Assembly (NCBI GenBank): GCA_964234715.1
Contig: OZ174283.1
Origin: Podarcis melisellensis
Lineage: Eukaryota
Strand: one strand, 5' to 3'
DNA length: 64,000 bases
The position numbers and the translations under genes were made by a program. The number at the start of each line of letters is the position of its first letter. Position 1 is the stretch's first letter. Positions 1 to 11,968 of this stretch are shown piece by piece. A model generated the notes under the pieces. That model was not told the origin of the DNA. It saw only the letters and a program-made list of their open reading frames with translations, and did not search any database.

Positions 1-1143
1 CACATGACCTGCACATAGAGATAAGTGTGTTGTGGTGTCGGGAATATGCATTCTTTAAGCAATTTGTTCTAATACATCCAATGGTCCAACAGAAAGGAAC
101 ACTGTCAAAAGGAGCAGTAATAAGGCCCACTTTACTTTATGACTGAGCGGTTAATCTGAAATAATTTTAAAATGCAGCACATGAATCACACACGATGTCC
201 ACAATGCATGTTGTTTAGCACAAACAGGCTGGCATGGACTGGCAATCCCAGTGCTCCAAGGGTATATTCAGTCTCACACTATTTTGTAGGGGGATTCAAA
301 TGCATGCCAAAAATTTAGGTTTGCACAGTTAAAGTGGATTGAAGCTCTCTGTCACCCTAGCACCACAAACCCACTGCAAACCAGACTTTTTGTAGTAAAG
401 TGAAATGTACTTAGAAGTGTTGGGTGAATTAGTTATTAACAGGAAGATGTCCTAACACACAAACAGAGCAAAAAAACACAATAAAGACTGGATATAGTTT
501 AAGCTCCGCGTAAGTTTTGTGCAAGCAAATCAGGATGAATGCTCAATAAGGAGGTTGTCAGGTAGCGTCCCAAATAGTCCTTCAGACACTGAGCATCTAG
601 GGTGCTCTTTTTTCTTTCCTTTTTGTTACCAGGGTGATGGATGTGACCTGAGAAAAGCAAGCAAATGGCTTTGCAAAATGTTCATCCCCCCCCCCCCGGC
701 TGAAAGGAAAGGTGCATGAGAGCAGAGCGACTCGTGTTCGTTGCCAGGGCTGAGCTAAAGAGACACAGTGCAATCTCATTATTTTTATTTTTTGGGTACA
801 TAGCTACCTTAATATCATTTGGACAACAAATTGACCTAACTCAATTACCCTTAATGGGCTCCTGGTGACTCAAAGTCAGAGTAACTAGGGAAAATATTAG
901 GTGGTTCTCTATAAGAGTTAATTACGTATTTCCCTCTTCCAGCTGCTCCATCACCATCTCTTCCCTGCTCTCAACTTGCCATTCCTGTCCAAAACAGCTG
1001 TTCTGCAGGGAGGCAGAAGGAGGAAACAGAGGCTTGAGAGGTCATAATCTGACAGGGAACAGTCATGTGGCCTTGCAGGGGGGAGTCATTTACGTCTCCC
1101 ATCATTTTAGACTCTTTCAGTTCAACACCAAACCACTTCATTC

Positions 1144-1540
1144 TGCAGCTATTTTGACCACGTTGTGGATTTCAGACAGTTTCACGATTTCACAAATGGA
1201 AGGTGGTTACTTAAGATCTCTTGCAGCTCTACAATTCTATTGTACTATTGTATTATATTGACTCCTTTCTGCAATACAATTCCTGTAGAAAATGTGATAC
1301 CTGTAGATACGTTTATGTTTTACTTCTGAAACGAAGTTCACATAATGGAGGACAGGGGAAAAGTAACCACCTTCCATTTGTGAAATCATGAAACTGTCTG
1401 AAATCCACAACGTGGTCAAAATATCTGCAAAAACATAAACGTATCTACAGGTATCACATTTTCTACAGGAATTGTATTGCAGAAAGGAGTCGATATAATA
1501 CAATAGTGCAATAGAATTGTAGAGCTGGAAGAGATCCTAA
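1144..1540. repeat. Interleaved inverted duplication A-B-spacer-A'-B'
   Basis: 1144-1212 is the reverse complement of 1361-1429 (2 mismatches in 69). 1211-1321 is the reverse complement of 1430-1540 (4 mismatches in 111). Confidence 0.95.
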
Positions 1541-1629
1541 GAGCCATCTACTCCAACCATTGCAGGAATCTCAATTAAAGCATCCATGACAGAGAAATGC
1601 TTGGTGCCTAAATATATATATAATAAGGT

Positions 1630-2289
1630 GAGCCTCCCTAGGGAGAGCATTCCACAAGCAGGGAGCCATCACAGAAAAGGCCCATTCTCGTGTTGCCCAC
1701 CTTTGAACCTTTCATGGAAGAGGTGCACAAGAAGGGTCTCAGGTGATGATTGCAGGGTCCAGGTTGGGTCATATGGGGAGAGATGGCCCTTGAGGTATTG
1801 CAGTCATGAACCATTTCAGGTTTCATAGGTCAGAACTAGCACTTTGAATTGGGTCCAGAAACTAAATGGCTAACTAAATTTTCAATTTCGTTGTTCTGTA
1901 TGGGACAATGACAATAAAGATTATCGTATTGTATCGTAAACCAGCTAAAGTTTCTAAGGCAGCCTCACATATAAGGCACTGCAGTAATCTAACCTAGAGT
2001 TTACCAGAATGTAGATGAGAAAAGTCAGACTATCCCTGTCTAGATAGGGCTGCAGCTGGGCCAAAGCAGTGGCACTCTGTGCCACTGAAGCCTCGAGTGA
2101 CAGCAAGTTGTACCCCCAAGCTGTTCTTCAGAGGGAATATAACCCCATCAAGAGCAGGCAACAACCCATCCATCCAGTCTAGGGGACAACACACTAACTT
2201 CTTCTCTTCTTCTGCCCACTAACAGTCTTATCTGGATTGAGGTCCAGTTTATTGGCTCTCATCCAGTCCATTGCCAAGTCAAGACAACA
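1630..2289 (-). mobile_element. L2 LINE ORF2 C-terminal fragment, degenerate
   Basis: Minus strand reads LVNSRLDYCSALYVRLP, the L2 SRLDYCN motif. It is homologous to the plus-strand L2 at 20170-20650. Confidence 0.8.
1878..1938 (+). mobile_element. Rex1/Babar-like LINE extreme 3' end inside the L2
   Basis: caatttcgttg...caatgacaataaag followed by a short (tatcg/tattg) tail; similar to 23650-23720. Confidence 0.5.
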
Positions 2290-2297
2290 GTCTAGCA

Positions 2298-2547
2298 CAG
2301 GGGTAGGCAACCTAAGGCCCGGGGGCCGGATTCAGCCCAATCACCTTCTCAATCCAGCCCATGGATGGTCCAGGAATCAGTGTGTTTTTACATGAGTAGA
2401 ATGTGTCCTTTTATTTAAAATGCATCTCTGGGTTATTTGTGGGGCATAGGAATTCGTTCATTTCCCCCCAAAAAATATAGTCCAGCCCACCACATGATCT
2501 GAGGGACAGTGGACCGGCCCCCTGCTGAAAGAAGTTGCTGACTCCTG
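2298..2547 (+). mobile_element. Non-autonomous hAT (Charlie group, OposCharlie1/OC1-like) MITE
   Basis: Termini caggggtaggcaac / gttgctgactcctg. Perfect 8-bp TSD gtctagca (2290-2297 and 2548-2555). The subterminal tatagtcc...tctgagggacagtg...ggccccctg resembles OC1. Confidence 0.85.
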
Positions 2548-2689
2548 GTCTAGCATGTCTCTCCTCTTACCCTGTTGGCCACCTTTATGGCTAACTAAAA
2601 CTAAAAGGGTATTTCTGTGTCACCTGCTTTGGGCAAAAAACAGACAATAACAGTTTGAAAGCTCAATGTAGCATCCTGGACCAACTTAT

Positions 2690-3110
2690 AACAATAATAA
2701 TAAATAATAATTTTTTATTTATACCCCACCTTTCCTGGTTTAAAAACCGGGCTCAGGGCTGCTAACAGCAAATATAAAACATTGATTAAAATGCAACGTA
2801 AAAACAGCATAAAATACAACATAAAATGCAGCATCAATATCAATAAAATTCAAAAATTCAGGGGTCATTTTGGGCAGGAAGAAAAAAAACCCAGTCAGTA
2901 GGCATAGAATGATCACCAGGGCTAACTGGCTAAGTTGGTCCTACTAGGGCCACCAAGGAGACCAGGGAAGAATTTAAATTTGGGGTCCCAGAAAGGGTTT
3001 CTTCATAGAAGAGGAAAGGGGGAAAGGGAATAGACGATCAGGCTAATTCAAACTGAGGACCAGGCAGACTAGCTGTGTTTTACAGACCCTGCGGAAGGAG
3101 ATCAACTTGA
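2690..3110 (-). mobile_element. L2-type 3' UTR/tail fragment
   Basis: (aat)n ttttatttataccccacc...gctcagggctgctaac is the typical reverse complement of squamate L2 3' ends. Confidence 0.55.
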
Positions 3111-3244
3111 CCTTTCACCTTTCACCTATAATGTTGCAGCACACATCCATCTTTACCCTTTAAACAGCACTGGTTGTTACAAGCTGAGATGACATCCTAA
3201 TCTACACAGTCACAACTCAGGATGAGTTGAGGTAAGTGGCTAGT

Positions 3245-3683
3245 GAAGAGTTTCTTTCTCTCATGATACCCAGGGTCATTTGATGATACTAAATGGCAGG
3301 ACAGATTCAGGGCAGACAAATGGAGGGACTTTTCACACAAGTGTGGAATTCATTGCCACAAGAGGTGTGGTGGCCATTTTCTTAAAGTGCTTTATAAAAG
3401 ATTAAGCAACTATCAATGGCTACTCATCATGATGGCTATATGCAGCCTCCAGATTTCAGAAGCACTGTGCCTCTTGGTACCAGCTGCTAGGATTGGACAC
3501 TGAACCTTTGGTGTGCAGTGCATGTGCTGCACCACTGAACGAACTACTGTCCGTCCTTCCCCAACTACTCTTGTGTCCAACTGATGAGCTTCCCAGAGGC
3601 ATCTGTATGCTCACTCTGCAGAAGATGCTACACTACATGGACTGCTGGTCTGATCCAGCAGCACTCTTATTGTGTTCTTATGT
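3245..3683 (+). mobile_element. CR1 3' fragment with an internal tRNA-SINE piece
   Basis: gattcagggcagacaaa...ttcacacaa...tggaattcattgccacaaga, ending in ggtctgatccagca...gttcttatgt (CR1 tail). Confidence 0.7.
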
Positions 3684-6469
3684 AACAGCAAAATTGTTTG
3701 TGTTCAGTGACTGTGTGTTTGACAAGAATATGTTTCTGGAAGAAAAATGCTGAGGGATAATACACCAGGCCGCGGATGACTGACTCCATTTTTCTTCCTA
3801 GTGGCTTTAGTCTCAAGTTTCTAATCTGAGGGCTGGAAACTGATGCCCTCATCAGTGGCCAGCAGTTTTGGGAGGTGTCCTTTGGAACTGCTAAGGTGGA
3901 AGTTAGGGAGACCCAAGAGTAGGTGGAGCCAGAGCCAATGGCAAGCACAGACAGCTAACTCTCGTCTTGTCCTCATCCTCCTCCCTGCTGAGTTTTACAA
4001 GGGCAACATCGAGGCTAAAGAAGGGGAAGCTGGCCAGCAGCAACAGCCACCATCTTGTTGTAAGCAGAAAGGCTAGAAGGCTGGATGGCAACAGAGTGAG
4101 GTTGGTTAAGCAGTGAGGCCCCATTTGGTGGTCAGCTTCCATAATACAGCTGTTTTTATGAAAAAGATTTTTATGAAAAGTTAATGGTGCACATGTGCTC
4201 AAGTGCAATATTGCAGGTGCCCATTTAATCATCCCACACAAGAAAGAGAGATGTAGCTTTTAAGTTGAGAACATCCCGCCCCCCAGCTTGAAAATATGTG
4301 TCCTACACATCTGGGACTCCTGATATTATCATCACAGCCCAGGAAGGAGCTGAAATGAAGATTTTCCCAGCATGAAAGGAGCCTATGAAAGGGGCCTTGA
4401 ATTTAAACAGGTTTTCTCCCGCTGAATCATTGCATATAGACTGAAGACCTTTGGTTTTGTTTTTATAAAGACACTGAAGTATGCAATTTAGCTGATGCCC
4501 ATTCACTTACAAAAGAGGTGTGTGTGTTTCTACATGTTTATGGCACTAAAGGTCTAATCAAACTCTGTGCAAATCCATTGCCTGGCCACCAGTAACATCA
4601 ATAAGTTTTGGATTAGGCCCTTCCTGCTGTGACTGGCAAGGCTCTTGATAGCAGTGAGAACTCTCCATTGTAGGGCTATGTTTGTCTCCAAGGCTTTAAA
4701 TAGCTTTGGTATCCAAGTCTAATTAAATCAGTAGCAACTAGGGAGCAGAAAAGTTCAAACTGAAGTTCAGCCAAACCACAAAGCCAGCCAAGTAGAAAAC
4801 TCTATTTAGACAGTATGACTTAGATACCCTTCAAACCAACACCATTGATCTATGTGATCAATGAAGGCAAGGCAAGAACAGGAATCTGCTTGTGAGGTCT
4901 AACTAGGGCAAAACAGAGGCTGCTTTTACCATTGCATTGCTGTGCTTGCTTCTAATCAAGTGTGCTCTTTGGGTTTTGGTGGTGGCGGTGTTTTTAGAAA
5001 CTTGGCACACCTTTAGCTCCCGCTTACTAGCTTGGAAAAGCTTGGAAAAGGAAGCATAAAAGCCATTTTTGTTCCTGTTCACACAACTATCATGTGTATG
5101 GTGGCTGCTGTTTAAAAATATCTACTTTGCATGCCATTGTGAAATTTGTATTCAGCATTAGCATTCCTGGGAAAAGTTTAGACAAGGTTTGGCAGGTTCA
5201 CACAATCACTTCCCACATTCATTTCCTATCCATTGGCTAATTTGTTTTTCCCTGGCTCAGGGGGAACATACCAGATGTTGTGGTAGCATGCTTTATCTAC
5301 ATCTGGGTCTAATATTAAGCCCATTTTGTCACAAATGTGACTGGCACAAACACACCCACCATGCCAGGAATTAAAAATTGAGTCCAAACTATGATTTTGT
5401 GTGTTGACCCTAAATGCAGCCCAGAATACTGTCTTCTTCACGTGTTACAAGTGAGTCATTTTCTTCCAGATCTTCTTAAGGCATCTTTCTGAAAAAGATG
5501 AAATGGACTGAAAGGCAAGCAATTTGGTGCAATTAATACCAGGGCTGTCAGAAGAGCATAGATCGTAATAATGTGAGCAGACAGCCATGTTTAAGGGCTA
5601 AATGTAAAGCATCAACTGTAAGCGATGAAATGACATTTACACCAAGTTTAATTTATGTCTGATTGACAATCTTCATTTATGAAAGAGGGATTTGTTTTGT
5701 TTTTGATTTTTTTCCCCCCAACCCAAGCAGGCGAACTGAAACTGCAGAAGAAGCCGACTTATAACTTCATAATGCATAGCCAAGGTAACATCAGGGAAAT
5801 CAGAAAGCTGATAGCAAACAAGGACCAGCTGTTTTTTTATGCTAGCATTGGTTTATTAATACATGCAGACATATTAACCTGCCTTATTAATTCTTCTGCT
5901 GGTAATATCACACCAAAAAATGGAATTGCCCCAGGGATTCCTAATGGGATAAAAATGTCACCATTCATATTCAAGTGGTAGAGAAGTAGTCACCAGATGT
6001 TTGAAGCGTGTTAGCCATCTGATGGCAATATGATGTTCCCTGTAGAATGGATTTTGTGGGGCTGGGGTGGCAAGTCCTATTTTTTTAAAAGAACATATCA
6101 TAGTCTGGGGTGTCTAGCTCTCTCATGCTGCTGATTTGCACAGCGATGACACTGCAGAGTAGCCAGTTTTGACAGCAGAAATAGAGAGCAATTCAGGGGA
6201 TTGTGGGCTAAGAGAGAGCCATGGGCCTTCAATTGAGGTCACCAGCTGACCACAGCAACCAACTATGGATGCTCCTGTGCCTTTAAATAATGACCAAATC
6301 TGCAAAACCTACAACAACAACAATCAGTTGAACCTATTCACAGTGAGGAGATAAGTGCTTTGACCTTCAAGCATCTTCCCAAGAAAGCGCTGTTTCATCG
6401 TTCAAACCTCCATGCATTTATCAGAAATGTTTATGGACTGCCTTTCAACAAAACAAATACAGCAGTGTC

Positions 6470-6822
6470 ATCACTGAGTGGGGTGACATTCGGCATGCAG
6501 CCCATCCGCGACTCCCAAGCCTACCCCAAACCATCGGGGAAAAGGGCGGAGCTGTGCAGCCTTGCTGGTGGCCTTCCCCCTTTCCCCCTTCGTTTTGACA
6601 GCTATGGGGAGGTTTGGGAGTCACGGGCGGGCAGTGTGCCATTACCCCCCACTCCCAGGCTGCTTCCTTCCCCCCCCCCCGGAAGCCACCAGCCATGGAC
6701 ATCTTGCTCCACCCTCCATGGGCATCTCGCCCCCAGGACGCTCGCCCCACCCCCATGGCCCCACCCCCGGGTGCACAGCATGTACGCCACTCCTGGTGCC
6801 AGAGCAGCTAGCTCCGCCTCTG
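6470..6822. mobile_element. GC-rich non-autonomous hAT-like element, partial
   Basis: GC-rich body ending in gctccgcctctg, the same terminus type as 7616-7811 and 8990-9233. Confidence 0.6.
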
Positions 6823-7092
6823 CCTCATTCAGACACCAAGGCCCTTCCATATGTATGGTATGGTGCTTGAAGTTGTCCTCACAAGAGGGAAAATGAGAAT
6901 AGGTGAGGCTAAAAGAAAGAGACGGCTTCACAGCCACACAACCATGTGCCTTAATGGACCAGCTTCCACTGGGAAAGAGTCAGGAAACATCATAACTGTT
7001 ATTACAAATTATTCCGAACATTTTTGCTACTCTCGGTAGAAGGCAAAGATTGAGAAAGTGGGGTGGGAGAACTGGGGGGAAGGGGGACACCA

Positions 7093-7532
7093 CAACCAAA
7101 TGGACTCCTTTGGTTTCATGTAGTACATGGGTAGACAAGTCTAAAAAGCCTGGGGCACAAATTTTAACAGCCGTCTAGCCGCTATGGTGGCTCATTTAGC
7201 ATTAACTCTGGAAGTGTATACTTGATGCTAACCAAACTAAGCCCCCTGATATATATTTTGCTACAATATATTACTTCTGGTAAATGAGCCACCATAGCTA
7301 CCAGAGCAGTGGGTCTCAACCTGTGGGTCCCCAGATGTTGTTGGACTACAACTCCCATCTTTCCTGAGCTCTGGCCTTGCTAGCTAGGGGTGATGGGAGT
7401 TGTAGTCTAACAACATCTGGGGACCCACAGGTTGAGAAAGGCTGTGCTACAGGGTCATGAAAATTTCTGCCCCTTGCTTTCTAGACTCATCTACCCATGT
7501 ACTATCTGAAACCAAAGGGGGCGCATTGGTTG
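7093..7532. repeat. Long palindromic (foldback) element interrupted by a MITE
   Basis: Left arm 7093-7198 pairs with 7281-7306 plus 7445-7532. 7181-7198 and 7281-7298 are a perfect 18-bp inverted pair. Confidence 0.85.
7307..7444. mobile_element. Palindromic hAT MITE with SPIN-like termini
   Basis: cagtgggtctcaacctgtgggtccccagatgttg...caacatctggggacccacaggttgagaaaggctg forms a near-perfect hairpin. Confidence 0.8.
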
Positions 7533-7615
7533 CCAAATGTGAAATATATTGCCATTATTTTCAGCTCTCCTACCCCACTAGGAATGATAGGTTGTTATCT
7601 TACTCATACTGGGAG

Positions 7616-7811
7616 CACTGGCAGAGGAAGAAGGGAGTTGGGGGAGCTCACTGCCCCTGGCAGTGCAATCCTGGTGGGGTGCCATCATGGCTGCCCCCTC
7701 ATCTGCACTAGGCGCCACACCCCCGGGACACATGCCATGCCCCCAGGACATGCGCCAGCCACTGCCTGCTCTCTCCCCCCCCCAGTGCTTGAACATGAAG
7801 CTCCGCCTCTG
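7616..7811. mobile_element. GC-rich non-autonomous hAT element
   Basis: Termini cactggcagag / ctccgcctctg; 8-bp TSD actgggag/actaggag; homologous to 8990-9233. Confidence 0.85.
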
Positions 7812-8508
7812 ACTAGGAGATATTTGAATGGGGTCCCTATTGGTTCTATAGTTGATGTGCCTCTCTGACATGCCTTTTTGAGACCGAATGATAAAATGTG
7901 CATAAAATAGCAGGAGGCCATGCTTCTGTAGCCTCCACACCTTCTGACTGGGGTGTAAATTAAAACAAATAGATAGATAGATAATTTCCTATGAAGGTAT
8001 CAAGGCCCTGCTGGGTGATCTTTTTCAAGGGTCTGGCATGAGTACAGAGGTGAGGAAGATATGGCAAGGGCTCGAAAGCAGTGTTAACTATGCTGCAGAT
8101 ACAAACATCCTTACAACTACCGTACAAAGACATTCTTCAAAACAGGATGTTTCTGCCTGACATTGAGCTGTATTGTGTGCCTTGGGGGCTGCTGGGGAAA
8201 TCTGTTTCTGATGGTCTGGGGAGGCATCCATGACTCCTAGATATATTTTTCTCCAGTATCTCCTTCTCTGATAACGTTTGAAGGTTATTTGTACCCTATA
8301 GCTCTGTTTGCAATGAATCACTCTATGATAGGTATTTATTACATAGCTTTAGTCACTTTTCCACCACCACCCCAGGGGAGCAAGGATGATTTTTGCTTTA
8401 TTGTAGCGTCCAATTTTATCATTGGCTCCGACTGAAAATAGTCATAGCTAACCATAACTAGAGATTGGTAATGCTGACTCTCAAGTTATTATGTTTCCAG
8501 CATAGAAA

Positions 8509-8694
8509 CAGGGGCGCCAACTTGAATAAAATATTCTGGGGGCCTAAGTAAGCCCTGCCCTGCATAATCGATGATGTCATACACATGCACCATTTGAATG
8601 GCAGTGCTCATAAACTTTGGGGGCCCTGCCCTGCCCCCCCAAACATTTTTTTAGGGGGTGAATCCCCCATGGCCCATAGGAGTTGGCTCCTATG
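8509..8694. mobile_element. Non-autonomous DNA transposon (hAT-like)
   Basis: Imperfect TIR caggggcgccaact / agttggctcctatg; no clean TSD. Confidence 0.55.
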
Positions 8695-8989
8695 GAAATA
8701 AATGCATATAAACACCAGAATAACCCTACTGGATTGAACAATACCAACAAAGCATCTAGTTGACTTCAGTATTCTTTTTGAACAGTTATGCAATATTCCA
8801 AAACACAAAGTGAATATCCACCCACCCCCCGCTATTTTTTGTCTGCTTCTGCTGATATATTGAGGTGTGCTCATCTGAATATGAATGTTTCATTCAGCCA
8901 ACTGGCTTACAACTGTTGATGGATCAATCCTCTATGACGGAGTGGGGAACCTTCAACATGCACCATCCCTTGGCCGTACTAGCTGGAGC

Positions 8990-9233
8990 CACTGGCGGAG
9001 GAAGAGGAGTGTGGGGGGAGTGCATAGCCCCCAACAGCACGATCCCAGTGGGGTGCCATCGTGGCTGCCCCCCCTGCCTGCACTGGGCACCATGCCCTGC
9101 AGGTGGCATGCTACGCGCCCCAGGACACACGCCACACTCCTGCGGGTGGCACGCCATGCCTTCAGGATGCACGCCAGCCTCACTCCCGCCTGCTCTCCAC
9201 CCCCCGGTGCTGGAGCATGAAGCTCCACCACTG
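8990..9233. mobile_element. GC-rich non-autonomous hAT element nested in a palindromic MITE
   Basis: Termini cactggcggag / ctccaccactg; 8-bp TSD gctggagc/gctggggc. The flanks continue a ccatccct...gatggaagttggagt MITE. Confidence 0.85.
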
Positions 9234-9601
9234 GCTGGGGCTGATGGAAGTTGGAGTTCACAGGTTCACCATCCCTGTTCACCCATCCCCTTATGCCTTT
9301 TGCTCAGCCTTTGACACCTCCAGCTCACCCATCCCCTGTAGGTGGTAATGCCCTATTCAGCCCCCAGTGATACTCGCTATTCCACAGGAGCAGTGAAGGG
9401 AGGAAAGTCTACATCCTGCACCTCCAGTTCTCACAATCCCCTCTTCTTCTTTCTCCACATCCTTCTCAGCCAATCCACGCCCAGTCTTGACAGAGCTTGC
9501 AAATCCATGCCCAGTCCTGACAGAGCCATATGGCTCATGACACGGCTAGATGAATCCATGAAGGATAAGACTATCAATGAATAAGACTTACAATGTCTAT
9601 A

Positions 9602-9831
9602 CAGTGGTACCTCAAGTTACAAAAACCTCGGGTTACAAAACTTTGGGTTACAGACTCCGCTAACCCAGAATTAGTACCTTGGGTTAAGAACTTTACTTCA
9701 GGATGAGAACAGAAATCAGGCATTGGCAGCAGGAAGCCCCATTAGCTAAAATGGTACCTCAGGTTAAGAATGGTTTCAGGTCAAGAACGGACCTCCAGAA
9801 CGAATTAAGTACATAACCAGAGGTACCACTG
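9602..9831. mobile_element. Tc1/mariner-pogo (Tigger-like) MITE
   Basis: TIR cagtggtacctc / gaggtaccactg flanked by TA; same family as 25239, 35820 and 42924. Confidence 0.9.
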
Positions 9832-11909
9832 TACACACCTGTCATAAATGGAGGCAGAATGCCTTTGAAAACCATTTGCTGCTGGTGAGGGGCAGCAGGA
9901 GAGCATTCCTTTCTTTAAGCCCTGTTTGTGGGCTTCCTGTAATCGGCTGGTTGGTCATGCTTGGAAACAAGATGCTGGAATCTTCTTATGTTCAAAGAAA
10001 TTGCTGCCACTGTAAACTCAAGGTTGTCAGCAGGGCTGCCTAAACAAGCATAGAACTCTAGTATGCTTTAGCCACACCTCTTTGCAGAGTCACTCTTGGG
10101 CCATTGTTTTCAATGGAACTGTGAACTCCACACACGGTAGGCAACCCACTCATTATAGTAGTAGGAAAACAAGCCTGAAGTTGAAGTGAATTACTGGGTT
10201 GCTTTCATCGGATAACTGACTATGTTAACAGACCCTCATTATCTCAGTACCACACTATTTCTGTGAGTGCTCACATCATGCAGCGATGGAGCACTCCCAT
10301 TTATCTAAACATTTGATTAGGTGCATTTTTAATATTCTATGTGATTAATAAATAACAGAAACTGGAAAAGAAGCTGTTGCCAGTGCAAATAAATAGGGCC
10401 TGTATAGAAATAGGAGAAAGGCTCTTTGTTCCAAAACAGCACAAAGAGGAGTACTGTGGACAAACTGAGTAAATCAACAACAAAAATAGCATTTCTGCAG
10501 GTGTGTGGTGCTTTTGGAGCAACACTGGGAAGCTAATCTGGGTGGAAGAGCATCTGCTTGGCATGCAAAAAGTCTCAGGTCCAATCCCCAGCATCTCCAA
10601 GTAGAACAAAAAATATATCCGTTACATTTCTAGGATGCCATTACATCTTTGCTACATTTCCCTAAATAATCCTTCTGACGCCTCTCAGTATTTTCCCCAC
10701 TATAGCTTCAAATCTTTCAATCACTTAAAGTGAGCAGAGAAAGTTGCTCCAATCAATCACTTTTATATACCATTACCTTGCTGTTTCCTCAACTCCTAGC
10801 TTTGCTTGATCTGGATCTTAACTTCCCACCATCTGTTCTAAAAATCATTCTCCAGCATCAATTTGGTTTCCAGTTGATGTGAGCATAGGAAGTTGCCTTA
10901 TAATAGCACCATTAGTTCATTTAGTTCAGTATTTTCTACACCAACGACAGCAGCTCTTCAGGATCTCAGACAGAAGTCTTTCCTCAATCCTACCTGGATA
11001 TACGAGAGATTGAACCTGAGACCTTCTGCATGCAAAGACACCCCTCTCACTATTTCCCCCCATTCTCTTTGCACAAATGTTTCTGCTGCACTCTTCTGCT
11101 TAAGCAGTTCTAAACTCTGATGGGGAACAAAATGCAGCTCACACTTCCCACTGCCATGTGTCCACAGTTACTTTAGAAGCCAATGAAACATTCTGGTGAA
11201 GCAGACTCCCCTAGCTGCAGATTCCCATCCAGGCATGAAATTTCACTCTGATAAGCATCCTTTTATTTCATCGACATAAATGAGAGTGCCTTGTGTTAGT
11301 CTTGGGACAGTAAAACAATGTCAGATACATTTGAGAGAGATGAAAAATATATGTAATACAAGAAGTGTGTGAGGAACAATTCACAGTCTATCAACATGAA
11401 GTAGAGAAGAAAAGAGTGTGTGTTTTGCTTCCTGGATGCTAGAAAACACAGAGGTGGGTTTTTCTGTGTGTTTTTGCTTGACTTTCCACTAAAAGTACCC
11501 ATTGACTGTGATGTAATCAAAGATTGATACGAAAGGTTAAAAATTAGACATGCTGAGAATATTCATGGTTTTCAACACCCAAAAGCAGAAGGCTACTTCA
11601 TGTACATGTCCCAAAAAAGCAGCAGGCTTTCTAACACTTTCCAACACTAGTAGAAAGTGTTGTGCATTGCTCAGGAATTCTAAGAAACCAAAATGATTGG
11701 CACAGTTTTGAAATCAGTGGTTAAAATCAGTGCAGATTTGAAAGGTTCAGTCTGCCACTTGATTCAAAACAGCATCCAACTGTATCCAAACACAGAGGGG
11801 AAAAAATTCTCCTTGATCTCAGGAATCATCATGCAAAATTTTGGTACAATATCAGAAGGGGCCGAAATGCACAGAAAATAGACAAAGAGAAAAATAACTT
11901 TTCAAAATA

Positions 11910-11968
11910 TGTTGTTGTTGATGATGATGATGTTGATGATGGTGGTGGTGATGATGATGATGATGATT
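11910..11968. repeat. Compound (GTT/GAT/GGT)n microsatellite
   Basis: Directly visible. Confidence 0.9.

Noticed and set aside
7508-7526. CTCF-like aaagggggcgc
   Set aside because: Poor 5' half, and it is part of the palindromic repeat arm.
6360-9348. Overlapping Pro/His/Gly-rich ORFs of 100-180 aa (also 27361-27927 and 55671-56103)
   Set aside because: They lie in GC-rich non-autonomous hAT elements, are open in several frames because stops are rare, and show no domain.
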